Positions 9,300-20,674 of a stretch of 64,000 nt of DNA are shown here, in pieces (the first letter of the stretch is position 1; each line of letters begins with the position of its first letter). Source of the DNA: Acidobacteriota bacterium (GTDB lineage: Bacteria; Acidobacteriota; UBA6911); the NCBI GenBank assembly GCA_963664705.1, contig OY761556.1, positions 3,424,001-3,488,000 of the forward strand. The letters run 5' to 3'. The translations under genes and the position numbers were made by a program. Under the pieces are notes generated by a model that was given only the letters and a program-made list of their open reading frames with translations, ran no database searches and was not told the DNA's origin.

Positions 9300-10605
9300 G
9301 ATTGTCGAGGTAGAAGCAGGATCAGCCGCCGAAGACGTCGGGATCGAGCCTGGCGACGAAATTCTGACGGTCAACGGTCATCGCATACCGGACGAATTAG
9401 CCCTGCAATTCTGCCTTTCCGATGATCGCATCAGAATGCGAATTCGAAAAGCGGGGGGTAGGGAGAAGTTGCTTCGCCTGGAGCTTTCAGAACGTTCGCT
9501 GGGGATTCAGGTGGAGGATTTCCGCACCCACACCTGCAACAACGCATGCCTCTTCTGCTTTGTCGATCAGCTGCCGCCGGACGTCCGGCCCTCACTTCGG
9601 GTGAAGGACGACGACTATCGGCTTTCGTTCTTGCACGGAAATTACATCACGCTTACCAACCTGCGGGATCCGGAACTGGATCGAATCATAGAGCACCGCC
9701 TGTCACCGCTTTATGTTTCAATCCACGCCACCGACCCGGAATTGCGGACCCGGATGCTGGGCCGCAGGAAAGTCGACGATCTGGATCGAAAGTTGGGGAA
9801 ACTGATTCAAGGCGGCATTCGCATTCATGCCCAAATCGTCCTCATGCCGGGAATTAACGACGGCGCCAATCTGGAAAAAACTATTGCGGATTTATCCAGA
9901 CTCTATCCCGGCGTCCAGTCTGTTGCCGTTGTCCCCTTAGGCCTTTCTGAGCATGGAACCATCAAAGATCGATTTGCTCCAGTCACCCCTGTTTTCAGCC
10001 GATCACTGATCCATCAGGTAACTCCCTGGCAGGAACGGTTCCGTCAACAGACCGGAAAAACGTTCGTTTACCTTGCCGACGAGTTCTATATACAGTCCGG
10101 CACCGATCTCCCGAACTCGAATCATTACGACGACTTCGCCCAAATCGAGGATGGCATCGGGATGGTTCGGAATTTCCTCGATGAGTTCGATGCGGCCTTT
10201 CGGCGACGGCGATCCCTTGCCGGGCTAAAGGGCACGGTCGCCACAGGCCGACTATTTTTCCCTACGCTGAAGCTTTGCATGGAGCAGCTCAATTCGAGAT
10301 TTGGGGCTTCGATACAAGTGTGCGAAGTAAAGAATCGTTTCATGGGCAGTCGCATCACGGTCGCGGGACTGCTGGCCGGAGCAGATTTCAAAAAGGCGCT
10401 GAAGCAGGTGGACCTGGGCAATTTTCTTATCATCCCACAGGAGGCCGTATCCCGAATTGACGGTATTCTGATGGACGATCTTTCGCCCGCCGATTTGTCT
10501 CAAAACTTGGGTGTACCGGTTTACCCAGGCGGCCGGACGGCTCGCGACTTTTTCGCGCTTCTTTCCAAACTCAGTCGTCAGCAGGCGGCCGGCAGCCGGC
10601 GGTAA
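9280..10605 (+). CDS. PDZ + radical-SAM-like DUF512 protein
   Basis: PDZ-like GIEPGDEILTVNG; CNNACLFC (CxxxCxxC); KDDDYRLSFLHGNYITLTN; QIEDGIGMVR; ITVAGLL. Confidence 0.88.
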   Translation: MIQKGLRIVEVEAGSAAEDVGIEPGDEILTVNGHRIPDELALQFCLSDDRIRMRIRKAGGREKLLRLELSERSLGIQVEDFRTHTCNNACLFCFVDQLPPDVRPSLRVKDDDYRLSFLHGNYITLTNLRDPELDRIIEHRLSPLYVSIHATDPELRTRMLGRRKVDDLDRKLGKLIQGGIRIHAQIVLMPGINDGANLEKTIADLSRLYPGVQSVAVVPLGLSEHGTIKDRFAPVTPVFSRSLIHQVTPWQERFRQQTGKTFVYLADEFYIQSGTDLPNSNHYDDFAQIEDGIGMVRNFLDEFDAAFRRRRSLAGLKGTVATGRLFFPTLKLCMEQLNSRFGASIQVCEVKNRFMGSRITVAGLLAGADFKKALKQVDLGNFLIIPQEAVSRIDGILMDDLSPADLSQNLGVPVYPGGRTARDFFALLSKLSRQQAAGSRR

Positions 10606-10718
10606 AGGTTATTGCCAATCAGATATGCCGGCACGGCCAACCATAGCTGTCCACTAAAAGCTTGTATTGTTGGACACTCTCTTGCAGAATTTAGACCTTA
10701 CAAATGGGAGATACGGGA

Positions 10719-11183
10719 ATGGCCAGAATTATCCAGGGAAAGCTGGATGCGAAAGGTAGTCGGTTCGCGATCGTTATCAGCCGGTTCAACTCACTAATTA
10801 GCGACAGGCTCCTTTCCGGAGCCATGGATGCACTGGAACGCCATGGAGCCTCTACAGACGATATCAGTGTTGCCTGGGTTCCGGGAAGTTTTGAAATACC
10901 CTCCATCGCCAAGAAAATGGCGTTTTCGCAAAAATACGACGCCGTAATCTGCCTGGGCGCCCTTTTGCGGGGAGAAACACCTCACTTCGATTATCTGTCC
11001 TCCACGGTTACCAAAGAGCTGGGACATATCGGACTGGAATCAGGCATTCCTGTGATAAACGGAGTCCTTACCTGCAATACCATGGAACAGGCCGTGGATC
11101 GTGCGGGACTGAAAACCGGCAATAAAGGGTTCGATGCGGCTGTCACAGCCATCGAAATGGTCCAATTGATAAAGCAGTTGTAG
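10719..11183 (+). CDS. ribH: 6,7-dimethyl-8-ribityllumazine synthase
   Basis: [24 protein letters not shown] and GNKGFDAA motifs. Start at 10704 or 10719. Confidence 0.97.
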   Translation: MARIIQGKLDAKGSRFAIVISRFNSLISDRLLSGAMDALERHGASTDDISVAWVPGSFEIPSIAKKMAFSQKYDAVICLGALLRGETPHFDYLSSTVTKELGHIGLESGIPVINGVLTCNTMEQAVDRAGLKTGNKGFDAAVTAIEMVQLIKQL

Positions 11184-11218
11184 GATCGTCTGTTCGCAGA
11201 TCCGGGTAAAGTGTACCG

Positions 11219-11641
11219 ATGGGACTTCGTAGGGTTGCGCGTGAATGCGCGCTTCAAATGCTGTATCAGCTCGATATCGGCAAGCATTCCAGGGATGAAA
11301 TTCTGCGCACTTACTGGCAGATGAATGAGCATCCGCCGAAAGTGCGGGAGTTTGCCGAACAGTTGTTTGACGGGACTGTCCAGCGAATCAAGCAAATCGA
11401 CAAGGTTATTCAGCAGCATACAAAGAACTGGCGTCTGGGTCGAATGGCCGCCGTGGACCGAAACGTTTTGAGGCTTGCAGTCTTCGAGTTTCTCGCGGGA
11501 GGCAAGACTCCCGAGACGGTGGTCATCAACGAGGCGCTCGAGATTGCCAGGAAGTTTTCTACCCAGGAATCCGCTCAATTTGTAAATGGGATTCTGGACA
11601 GCATTAAGAACGATCTGAAGGATAAAGGGGCGAAAGAGTAA
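11219..11641 (+). CDS. nusB: transcription antitermination factor NusB
   Basis: RRVARECALQMLY, DRNVLRLA, VVINEALEIARKF and FVNGILD; canonical ribH-nusB order. Confidence 0.97.
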   Translation: MGLRRVARECALQMLYQLDIGKHSRDEILRTYWQMNEHPPKVREFAEQLFDGTVQRIKQIDKVIQQHTKNWRLGRMAAVDRNVLRLAVFEFLAGGKTPETVVINEALEIARKFSTQESAQFVNGILDSIKNDLKDKGAKE

Positions 11642-13144
11642 ATGGAAAACCGGACAAACCTCTTGGAACAACGCCATCTGAAGCTGGAAGAACTCCGGCG
11701 TCTGGGCTATGACCCGTACCCGCACAAATTCGAGTACACCCATACGCTTGGCCAGATTCGGGAAACGCTTAGCGAAGCCACCGGCCCCGAGCTCGAGGAA
11801 AAAAAAGAGTTCGTCAAAATCTGCGGTCGAATTCTATCCATGCGTCGGCAGGGCAAGGCAGGTTTTCTGGATGTTTCCGACGGTGAGAACAGGCTGCAGG
11901 TTTATATCCGCAAGGATTTCGTGGGCCCCGAAAACTTCGAATTATTCAAGCTGTTCGATCTTGGAGATATTGTCGGCGCCGAAGGGACTATTTTTCGCAC
12001 CCATACCAACGAGCTCACCGTTTCAGCCAGCAAAGTGCATCATCTATCGAAAAGCCTGTTGCCTTTGCCTGAGAAATGGCATGGGCTCACTGACGTTGAA
12101 ATGCGCTTCCGGCAACGCTACGTGGATCTCATCGTAAATCCCGAAGTCCGTTCCGTCTTTGTCAAGCGCGGCAAAATCATACGGGAAATAAGAAATTACC
12201 TGGATGAACGCGGCTACCTGGAAGTGGAAACGCCGGTCCTGCAAACCATCGCAGGCGGAGCTCTCGCTCGGCCATTCCATACGCATCACAACGCACTAAA
12301 CATTGAGCTCTATCTGCGGATCGCGCTGGAACTCTATTTGAAGCGCCTCATCGTCGGCGGCATCCCCCGTGTATACGAATTGGGCCGCATATTCCGGAAC
12401 GAGGGGATCTCGACACAACACAACCCCGAATTTACGATGCTGGAATTCTACCAGGCGTACAGCAATTATCGGGATCTCATGGATTTGTCCCAGGACCTGT
12501 TGACGCATCTCGCCGAGGTCATCACGGGCTCGAGGAAGGTACCATTCGGAGAGCACACGATCGACTTTGATAACTGGCAACGCCTCACCATGAAGGAGGC
12601 AATTTCGCGGTTCTGGCCCGATTCAGTTCCGGCTCCTACGGAAGAGGATTTCGGATCGCTGGAAAAGCTCCGCGCCTTTGCGACCTCCCTGCATGCCCAT
12701 TTCGAACCAACAGACGGCCCGGGAAAACTGCAGGCTATCCTGTTTGAAACGGTTGCGGAGGATCATCTCATTCAGCCCACGATCGTCTATGACTATCCGG
12801 CCGAAGTCTCGCCTCTTTCGAAGAAAAAAGCGGATGACCCGACTACCGTCGAGCGATTCGAGCTCTACATCGCGGGAATGGAAGTCGCCAATGCATACTC
12901 GGAGTTGAACGATCCGGCGGAGCAAAAAGCCCGCTTTGAAGAGCAGCTTAAAGCGCGCGACCAGGGAGATGAAGAAGCTCACGAGATGGATGCCGATTAT
13001 GTGCGGGCTCTCAGCTATGGCATGCCCCCTACGGCAGGGGAAGGTATCGGCATCGATCGGCTGACCATGGTCTTGACCGATTCTCAGTCCATTCGTGATG
13101 TCATCCTGTTTCCGCTGCTGCGCCCGGAACAGCCGAAAGAATAA
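11642..13144 (+). CDS. lysS: lysine--tRNA ligase (class II)
   Basis: [39 protein letters not shown] and GIGIDRL motifs. Confidence 0.98.
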   Translation: MENRTNLLEQRHLKLEELRRLGYDPYPHKFEYTHTLGQIRETLSEATGPELEEKKEFVKICGRILSMRRQGKAGFLDVSDGENRLQVYIRKDFVGPENFELFKLFDLGDIVGAEGTIFRTHTNELTVSASKVHHLSKSLLPLPEKWHGLTDVEMRFRQRYVDLIVNPEVRSVFVKRGKIIREIRNYLDERGYLEVETPVLQTIAGGALARPFHTHHNALNIELYLRIALELYLKRLIVGGIPRVYELGRIFRNEGISTQHNPEFTMLEFYQAYSNYRDLMDLSQDLLTHLAEVITGSRKVPFGEHTIDFDNWQRLTMKEAISRFWPDSVPAPTEEDFGSLEKLRAFATSLHAHFEPTDGPGKLQAILFETVAEDHLIQPTIVYDYPAEVSPLSKKKADDPTTVERFELYIAGMEVANAYSELNDPAEQKARFEEQLKARDQGDEEAHEMDADYVRALSYGMPPTAGEGIGIDRLTMVLTDSQSIRDVILFPLLRPEQPKE

Positions 13145-13156
13145 GTTTGCATTTCG

Positions 13157-13203
13157 CTTAAAGGCACAAAAGCTCAAGGAACCACTGCTTTTGCGCCTTT
13201 AAG
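13157..13203. repeat. 17-bp inverted repeat (1 mismatch) after lysS
   Basis: CTTAAAGGCACAAAAGC, a 13-nt loop, then GCTTTTGCGCCTTTAAG. Confidence 0.8.
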
Positions 13204-13241
13204 GCATCCCGAATCCGACAGCACCCGTTCTCAGAGCGCCT

Positions 13242-14498
13242 ATGAAATTCGAGCTGTTCGTTGCTTTGCGATATCTCCGCGCGAAACGCAAACAGACAAT
13301 GGTCTCGGTCATTTCGGCCATTTCCATCCTGGGAATCACCGCTGGCGTAATGGCACTGGTTATTGCCCTGGCCCTCTCCACCGGCTTCAAAGAAGATATC
13401 CAGAACAAAATCGTTGGCGCGACTTCAGCTGTGAATCTTCTTCGCATTGACGGCACTTCCATCCAGGATCCGCCGGAAGTACTGCGCAGGATCGGAAAAG
13501 TTCCACACGTTACAGGATCGGCACCGGCCATTTTCAACCAGGTCTTCATATCCGGGCCTTCGCGCAGCCAGGGCGCCTCCATCAAAGGGGTCGATCCGGA
13601 ACAGGAAGGTCAGGTATCTGACTTTTTTTCCCGAATCATCGCCGCCAATCCGAAGGCGCTCGCAACCGCTCCCCCTCCGGCAGGAGAGGACATGCCGATT
13701 CCTCTCGAAAGCATTCTGATAGGAAAGGAAATGGCACATGCGCTGGGCGTCAGGCAAGGAGACTCGCTGAAAGTATTTTATCCCATTGGACGGATGACTC
13801 CGCTGGGCATGACCGCTTCCGAAAAGACTTTGCGCGTTGCCGCAATATTTGAATCAGGATTGTGGGATATCGATTCGAATTGGGCATATGTCAATTTGGT
13901 TCCGGCTCGCAAGCTTTTTGCGCTCCCGCCAGGTGCGGTATCTGTTATTCAATACAGAATCGACGATCTTGATAGTGCCGAGGCCATTGCCGATGACATC
14001 CGCTCACGGGCGGGCGAAGGATTCATCACAACGACCTGGATTGAATTGAACAAGCCTCTTTTCTCCGCGCTCAAGCTGGAAAAGCTCGTGCTGTTCCTGA
14101 CCATCGGATTGATCGTTTTTGTCGCATCGCTCAACGTGGTCACCACCCTCATCATGATGGTGCTCGAAAAACAGGGCGACATCGCAATCCTGACAGCCAT
14201 GGGCGCCACGCCCCGAACCATAAACCGCGTTTTTATGATGCAGGGGATGATCATCGGTATCATTGGGACGATACTGGGAAATGTTCTGGGGATTGGAATC
14301 AGCTGGGTTTTGAATACCTATCAGATCATCCGGCTGGAGCCCGAGATTTACAGCATTCCATACGTTCCCTTTCACGTGAGGATCTGGGACTCGGTGCTTG
14401 TTTCCATCACGGCTCTTGTGATCAGCTACCTGGCCACTATTTATCCCGCTCGGAGCGCAGCGAGAATGGACCCGGTCGAGGTGCTCCGATATGAGTAA
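13242..14498 (+). CDS. lolE: lipoprotein-releasing ABC permease LolC/E
   Basis: ALRYLRAKR, GITAGVMALV, EKQGDIAILTAMGA and YPARSAARMDPVEVLRYE. Confidence 0.9.
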   Translation: MKFELFVALRYLRAKRKQTMVSVISAISILGITAGVMALVIALALSTGFKEDIQNKIVGATSAVNLLRIDGTSIQDPPEVLRRIGKVPHVTGSAPAIFNQVFISGPSRSQGASIKGVDPEQEGQVSDFFSRIIAANPKALATAPPPAGEDMPIPLESILIGKEMAHALGVRQGDSLKVFYPIGRMTPLGMTASEKTLRVAAIFESGLWDIDSNWAYVNLVPARKLFALPPGAVSVIQYRIDDLDSAEAIADDIRSRAGEGFITTTWIELNKPLFSALKLEKLVLFLTIGLIVFVASLNVVTTLIMMVLEKQGDIAILTAMGATPRTINRVFMMQGMIIGIIGTILGNVLGIGISWVLNTYQIIRLEPEIYSIPYVPFHVRIWDSVLVSITALVISYLATIYPARSAARMDPVEVLRYE

Positions 14499-15168
14499 GC
14501 TCCTCGATGTCCAAGACCTTTTCAAAGAATACGCATCAGGAAGTCAACGACTGACAATACTCTCGGGCCTTTCGCTGGCAGCGGAACCCGGGGAGATGAT
14601 CGGTATTACGGGCGTTTCCGGCTCGGGGAAAAGTACGCTGCTTCATCTTATTGGAGGCATGGACAGACCGGACAAGGGATGTGTTCGTATTTTGGATCAT
14701 GACATTCTCACCCTGGCACCACCCGAGCTATCCGATTTCCGAAACCGGACAATCGGCTTCATGTTTCAGTTTCACCACCTCCTCCCGGAGTTCACGGCCC
14801 TCGAAAACGTCATGATGCCGCTGCTTATCCGCGGAGTGTCCGCGCCGGAGGCGACGGAAAGATCGGGTGCCCTTTTGCAGGACGTTGGTTTGGCAGAAAG
14901 AGCTCATCACCGGCCGGGGGAACTGTCCGGGGGTGAGCAGCAGCGAGTTGCTCTTGCACGGGCTTTGGTAGGAAGACCTTGCCTGCTGCTGGCGGACGAA
15001 CCTACAGGGAATGTTGACCCGAAAACGGGACAGGCAATCGGCGAGCTTTTCCGCGAATTGCATGCAAAGCACGGCCTGACATCCATCATCGTCACACATA
15101 ACCCTCAACTCGCCCATCTGTGCTCCAGGGTCTGCCGTCTGGAACAGGGCAAACTAAACTGCGAATGA
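14491..15168 (+). CDS. lolD: lipoprotein-releasing ABC ATPase LolD
   Basis: GVSGSGKSTLLH, FQFHHLLPEFTALENV, LSGGEQQRVA and LADEPTGN. Confidence 0.93.
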   Translation: MSKLLDVQDLFKEYASGSQRLTILSGLSLAAEPGEMIGITGVSGSGKSTLLHLIGGMDRPDKGCVRILDHDILTLAPPELSDFRNRTIGFMFQFHHLLPEFTALENVMMPLLIRGVSAPEATERSGALLQDVGLAERAHHRPGELSGGEQQRVALARALVGRPCLLLADEPTGNVDPKTGQAIGELFRELHAKHGLTSIIVTHNPQLAHLCSRVCRLEQGKLNCE

Positions 15169-15229
15169 CGAGTGATCTTCCTCTTCAATCCATAACGCAT
15201 CATTCTGAATTCGCCATTCAGATTGCTTC

Positions 15230-15259
15230 TTGCCAGCCTTTTGAGTCTATCCGTATAAT
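15230..15259 (+). promoter_or_regulatory. putative sigma70 promoter of clpC
   Basis: TTGCCA-N18-TATAAT, 32 nt upstream of the clpC ATG. Confidence 0.6.
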
Positions 15260-15291
15260 AAAGCCTAGAATTGAGGGTGCGACGCCATAGT

Positions 15292-17727
15292 ATGTTCGAA
15301 AAGTATACAGAGAAAGCCAGAAGGGTAATATTCTTCGCGCGATACGAGGCGAGTCAGTTCGGCAGCCCGTGTATCGAGACCGAGCACCTGCTATTGGGAC
15401 TGATACGAGAAGACAAGAATCTGACCACTCGCTTCTTCCCGCGAACAAATGCGACCATCCAGGACATCCGCAAAGAGATTGAGGGGCGTACGCTTGTTCG
15501 TGAAAAGGTTTCCACCTCGGTGGATCTCCCCTTTTCGGAGGAATGCAAACGCGTCCTGAATTCTGCGGCGGAAGAGTCCGAACGTCTTTTCCACAAGCAT
15601 ATCGGAACAGAGCATATCCTCCTTGGCCTGCTCCGCGAAGAACGGTCCATTGCCGCGGAAATTCTGCGTGAACATGGGCTGCGGACAGGAATGATTCGTG
15701 AGGAGTTGAGTCGCGGGTCATCGGATAAGCATCCTCAGAACAAGTCAAAGGAACCCTTGAGCCTGGTGGAATTTTCCAGAGATTTGACGGAAGCCGCAGG
15801 CAATGATGCCCTCGATCCGCTCATCGGCAGGGAAAATGAGATCGAGCGCATGATTCAGATTCTTTGCCGGCGAACCAAAAACAATCCGGTTCTGATCGGG
15901 GAGCCTGGCGTAGGAAAAACGGCAATTGTGGAGGGGCTGGCACAGCGCATTGTTAACGGCCAGGTGCCGCCTCAGCTCTCCGACAAGAAAATTCTAGCTT
16001 TGGATATATCCCTGATCGTCGCGGGCACGAAATATCGCGGCCAGTTTGAAGAGCGTCTGAAAACGATCATGAAGGAGCTTGTTGAAAACAGGAACCTCAT
16101 CGTCTTCATCGACGAGCTTCATACCCTTGTGGGAGCGGGATCCGCCGAAGGCTCCCTGGACGCAGCCAATATTCTAAAGCCGGCCCTATCCCGGGGCGAA
16201 ATCCAGTGTATCGGATCCACAACTCCCTATGAATACCGTCGCTCCATAGAAAAAGACCGCTCCCTTGAGCGACGCTTCCAGGCAATCAAGGTAGCTCCGC
16301 CGTCGGAGCAGGAAAGCGTGAGCATCCTCACCGGTATCAAGGAAAGATACGAAGCCTTCCACCAGCTGAAATACACGGATGAGGCCCTGCAGGCCTCAGT
16401 TTATCTGACCAATCGCTATATCCCGGATCGATACCTGCCGGACAAGGCTATCGATGTGATTGATGAGGCAGGCGCACGAGTCAAGCTGCGAACGACATCG
16501 GTCCCGGATGAAATGGTCAATATCCAGCGGCGCATTCGTGTCATCGATGGCAGAATTGATAATGCCATTTCCGCGCAGGAATTTGAGCAGGCGGCACGAT
16601 ATCGGCTGGAGGAGGACCTCGAACAGGAAAATCTCCAGGTAATCCGGGAACGATGGAAGCTGAAAACACCGGTTTCACTGAAAGTGACGCGCGAAGATAT
16701 CGAGGAAGTGATCGCAAAGTGGACCGGCATACCGATGGCTTCCATTCATGAGGAGGAAATGTCCAAGCTCCTCCGGATGGAGGAAGAACTCCACAAGAGA
16801 CTCGTCAGCCAGGATCGGGCGATCAGCGCACTGAGCAAAGCAATACGGCGATCGCGCGCGGGACTGAAATCTCCGAAGCGTCCCGTTGGTTCATTTCTGT
16901 TCCTGGGCCCGACGGGCGTCGGCAAAACCGAAATGGCACGCTCCCTGGCAGCATTTCTTTTTGGGAGTGAGAATTCCATGATCCGACTGGATATGTCGGA
17001 GTACATGGAAAAACACTCCGTTTCCAAGCTGATCGGGTCTCCGCCGGGATATGTTGGCCATGAAGAAGGGGGACAACTGACCGAAAAGATCAAGCGAAAC
17101 CCCTATTCAGTCCTCCTTCTGGACGAGATCGAAAAAGCGCATCCGGATGTCTATAACATTCTGCTGCAGGTTTTTGAAGATGGGCAATTGACCGACTCTC
17201 TCGGCAACACGATCGACTTCAAAAACACCATTATCATCATGACATCCAATATTGGAGCCCGCTTTCTCGAAAAACGCGGCCATCTTGGATTCCAGGCCGG
17301 CACGGATGCAGATGCCAAGAGAACAGAGGAACTGATTCACTCGGAGGTAAAACGGATCTTCAACCCGGAGTTCCTGAACCGGCTGGATGAGATCATTCTC
17401 TTTGAATCGTTGACCGACGAAGACCTCGAGAAGATCGTGGACCTGCTGATCAACCAGGTCAATGAGGTCATGAAGCAGAAGCGGCTCTCCATCACGCTTC
17501 GCCCCGAAGTGCGTCGATGGATTGTCAACAAAACCTGCCATGATCGATCCTATGGTGCGCGCCCGCTGCGAAGGGCAATTCAGCGATATGTCGAGGATCC
17601 TCTCTCGGAAGGCATTATCCAGAATCGGATCAAACCCAGTTCCACGCTGGAAATCTATCTGAAGGAAGATGATCTCTACTACATCCATAGCGGAGAGCCT
17701 ATTGAATCCGGGGAGAGACTGGGATAA
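15292..17727 (+). CDS. clpC: ATP-dependent Clp protease ATP-binding subunit ClpC
   Basis: [12 protein letters not shown] Clp_N repeats; two AAA+ modules ([16 protein letters not shown]); short UVR-type M domain; GARPLRR. Confidence 0.93.
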   Translation: MFEKYTEKARRVIFFARYEASQFGSPCIETEHLLLGLIREDKNLTTRFFPRTNATIQDIRKEIEGRTLVREKVSTSVDLPFSEECKRVLNSAAEESERLFHKHIGTEHILLGLLREERSIAAEILREHGLRTGMIREELSRGSSDKHPQNKSKEPLSLVEFSRDLTEAAGNDALDPLIGRENEIERMIQILCRRTKNNPVLIGEPGVGKTAIVEGLAQRIVNGQVPPQLSDKKILALDISLIVAGTKYRGQFEERLKTIMKELVENRNLIVFIDELHTLVGAGSAEGSLDAANILKPALSRGEIQCIGSTTPYEYRRSIEKDRSLERRFQAIKVAPPSEQESVSILTGIKERYEAFHQLKYTDEALQASVYLTNRYIPDRYLPDKAIDVIDEAGARVKLRTTSVPDEMVNIQRRIRVIDGRIDNAISAQEFEQAARYRLEEDLEQENLQVIRERWKLKTPVSLKVTREDIEEVIAKWTGIPMASIHEEEMSKLLRMEEELHKRLVSQDRAISALSKAIRRSRAGLKSPKRPVGSFLFLGPTGVGKTEMARSLAAFLFGSENSMIRLDMSEYMEKHSVSKLIGSPPGYVGHEEGGQLTEKIKRNPYSVLLLDEIEKAHPDVYNILLQVFEDGQLTDSLGNTIDFKNTIIIMTSNIGARFLEKRGHLGFQAGTDADAKRTEELIHSEVKRIFNPEFLNRLDEIILFESLTDEDLEKIVDLLINQVNEVMKQKRLSITLRPEVRRWIVNKTCHDRSYGARPLRRAIQRYVEDPLSEGIIQNRIKPSSTLEIYLKEDDLYYIHSGEPIESGERLG

Positions 17728-17824
17728 CGGAATCGCTCTATCAAGACCCTCCGCCCACAAAAAAAATAAATGAACACTCGGATCTGTGTGGAGTCTATAT
17801 TAGGTCGGAAACTCCGCGGATTCA

Positions 17825-17854
17825 GGGCGGAAGCTCTGTCCGTTTTTATGTTTT
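17825..17854 (+). terminator. putative intrinsic terminator between clpC and bamA
   Basis: GGGCGGA-AGC-TCTGTCC stem (two G-U pairs) followed by GTTTTTATGTTTT. Confidence 0.5.
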
Positions 17855-17956
17855 AAGCTTATGATAGGGGCCTCAATGGACTCGCGCTGGATTTCAAGAC
17901 CCATTTTATCTAAGATATGGGTTTATTTTGACACTATCAGCGGCTGTGGAGGATAG

Positions 17957-20542
17957 ATGGGCAAAACGATAAAGCTCGGAGTCTGCATACTCGGATTCCT
18001 TTTATTGGGTCCTGCGGCCTTTGCGCAGGAGCTCAGAGGAACAACCATTGAGCGAATTGATATCCGGGGTAATCGGCGAATACCCGAGGACACTATCCGT
18101 TTCTACATCCAGTCCCGGCCTGGCGAGCCCTACGACGAAGTCCGTTTGGGACATGATCTCCGGGCTCTTTACAAAGCCAACTTTTTCGAAAATATCTCGA
18201 TTGACGAAAAAGATGGGGACACCGGGAAGATTGTCGTATTTATCGTCAAAGAGAAGCCTCTGATCCGTGCCATTGAATACCAGGGCAACAAGTCGTTTAC
18301 GGAATCCAACATCCTGGATGCTTTCAAGGAAAAAAAGGTCGGGCTTACCGTTGACAGCCAATACGACCCGTCAAAGATACGTGCGGCAGAACGCGTTCTG
18401 AAGGACTTGATGCTGCAGAACGGCAAACCGCTCGGCTCCGTGCACTCCGAAATCGAGAATATCCCCCCTTCCAGCGTTCGCGTCCGCTTTGTTATGGAAG
18501 AGGGCACCAAGGTGCGCATCGGGCAGATACGATTTATTGGAAATAAGATCTACAAGGATGCCGAACTGAAATCCGCCCTGAAACTCACCAAAGAGCACGG
18601 CCTGTTTACCATGTTCAAAGGCATGGATAAGTATCACAAGGAAAAACTAGATTACGATATCGACTCCAATCTCAAGGCCTTCTATAAGGAACACGGGTAT
18701 CAGCAAGTTCAGATCGGGGAGCCTTTGACCCGGATATTCGAAGGACCGCGCGGTGTTATCCCGATGATCCGCAAAACCCGCGAACAGTTTTTCATCGAAA
18801 TCCCGATTGACGCCGGCGACCAATACAGGCTGGGCAAGCTTGAAGTCCAGAATTGTGGAGCACTGTTCAATTGCGAGGGGATTGCCAATGGCTTTGGCCT
18901 GAAAAAGGGAGATATCGTCAATTCCAAGAAAATCAAGGACACGCTGGAGCAGGTCAAGAAGCTGTATGGCGCTTATGGCTACATCAACTGGTCCTACATT
19001 CCCGAACAGAGCTTCGATCCCAAGAACAAGACAATGGATCTGATCCTCAATTTTCAGCCGGACAAGCAGTTTTTTGTCAGGCGCATTGATTTTGAGGGGA
19101 ATACGAAGACGCGTGACAAAGTGATCCGTCGAGAACTGGCCATCGAAGAAGGGCGTGTATTCAGCAGCGCGCTGCTGGACAACTCGATCCTGCGACTGAA
19201 CCAATTGGGATTCTTTGACAAGATCGAGGAAAAAGATTACGAAGTAAAACCGGATGATAAAACCGGGATGGTGGATATAGGGATTAAGGTCAAAGAGAAG
19301 AGCCAGCGATCGATCGGCTTTACCGGTGGAGTCAGCGGCATATCCGGCAGTTTCCTCGGCGTGAATTATTCGGACAACAACTTCCTTGGACGCGGAGAAA
19401 CACTGGAGTTGAGTATTACCGGAGGCACCCGAACAACCAACTTTGTGCTCTCCTTTACGGAACCCTACCTGCTGGATACGCGATGGAGCATGGGTATTTC
19501 CCTGTTCAATCAGCGGTATCGCTACGACACTTACAGCACTTATGGACTGGTATCCACCTCAGGCAACCCGACAGAGCTTTTTACTCAGAAGACGACCGGG
19601 ACAACGTTGAACCTCAGCCGGCGCCTGGGCCGATCGCTCTGGACCTTCGGCGGCAGTTACACCTACCAGAAGATCGGGATCAGCCGCATTGCTTCCGGAT
19701 ATGAGTCCTACGCCCTGGGTCAACTGGTGGGCTTTACCCCAGGCGCAGATCCGACTGCGGCACTGAATGGTATTATCCGCAGCGAGATTACGCCAACTCT
19801 GAGCTATAACTCGACAAACGCCTACTTCAACGCAACCAGGGGAACCGCCCTTACTTTGTCCACTGCGGTTTCCGGGGGTGCGCTGGGTGGGGACTTCAAG
19901 ATGATCCGGCCGACTCTTGAAATTCGCCACTTCATCCCGGACAAATGGTTGAGCCACGGGCGCAATACGCTGGGATTCAACCTCCTGGGCCAATACATCC
20001 ATGCGTATGGCGGATCGGCCATCGCGTTTTTCGATCGCTTCTATATCGGTGGCGAGAACTCGATCCGCGGGTTTGATATCCGCTCCGTAAGCCCGCTGGC
20101 GATCAGCTCAACGCCCCAATATGACGCCAATGGAAATGTGATCATCGATCTGAAGACGGGCCTGCCCGCATCCTCCAAAACGGTCATCCCGATCGGCGGC
20201 GACACGGTGGGAGTATTCAATTTTGAGTACCGGATTCCGATCGCGGGGCCATTGTCCATGGCCGGCTTTTATGATACCGGAATCAGCCGAGTCACAAACG
20301 CAAGCGCTCTTGGAAAATTCGGCACCGGCAAAGTGGATGTGATCCAGTCTACAAACCGATCATTCCGAGCCTCGACCGGCGTGGAGATCCAGTTTGTTCT
20401 TCCGGTTGTCAGTGCGCCTTTCCGCCTGATTTTTGCCTATAACCCGATGGTTCTGGATACGTCCATCAACGTTGGCGGAAGCATCATGAGCGTGAGAGAG
20501 CCGCGCAAGGATATCAAATTCACCGTGGGCCGGAGCTTCTGA
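17957..20542 (+). CDS. bamA: outer membrane protein assembly factor BamA
   Basis: Signal peptide; POTRA repeats (GNRRI, GNKSF, GNTKTRDKVIRRE); DNNFLGRG; GGENSIRGF; C-terminal F. Confidence 0.96.
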   Translation: MGKTIKLGVCILGFLLLGPAAFAQELRGTTIERIDIRGNRRIPEDTIRFYIQSRPGEPYDEVRLGHDLRALYKANFFENISIDEKDGDTGKIVVFIVKEKPLIRAIEYQGNKSFTESNILDAFKEKKVGLTVDSQYDPSKIRAAERVLKDLMLQNGKPLGSVHSEIENIPPSSVRVRFVMEEGTKVRIGQIRFIGNKIYKDAELKSALKLTKEHGLFTMFKGMDKYHKEKLDYDIDSNLKAFYKEHGYQQVQIGEPLTRIFEGPRGVIPMIRKTREQFFIEIPIDAGDQYRLGKLEVQNCGALFNCEGIANGFGLKKGDIVNSKKIKDTLEQVKKLYGAYGYINWSYIPEQSFDPKNKTMDLILNFQPDKQFFVRRIDFEGNTKTRDKVIRRELAIEEGRVFSSALLDNSILRLNQLGFFDKIEEKDYEVKPDDKTGMVDIGIKVKEKSQRSIGFTGGVSGISGSFLGVNYSDNNFLGRGETLELSITGGTRTTNFVLSFTEPYLLDTRWSMGISLFNQRYRYDTYSTYGLVSTSGNPTELFTQKTTGTTLNLSRRLGRSLWTFGGSYTYQKIGISRIASGYESYALGQLVGFTPGADPTAALNGIIRSEITPTLSYNSTNAYFNATRGTALTLSTAVSGGALGGDFKMIRPTLEIRHFIPDKWLSHGRNTLGFNLLGQYIHAYGGSAIAFFDRFYIGGENSIRGFDIRSVSPLAISSTPQYDANGNVIIDLKTGLPASSKTVIPIGGDTVGVFNFEYRIPIAGPLSMAGFYDTGISRVTNASALGKFGTGKVDVIQSTNRSFRASTGVEIQFVLPVVSAPFRLIFAYNPMVLDTSINVGGSIMSVREPRKDIKFTVGRSF

Positions 20543-20674
20543 TTCCGCTTTGCCCCCGACTGGAACTGTAGTAAATTTCGTACCTTTAAGCGATGCCCGG
20601 AAATAGCTCCAGGGCAACTCGAATGTTCAATTCGGCCCCGCTCCGGGTTGAATTTCAAAGGAGAACAGAGTCAA

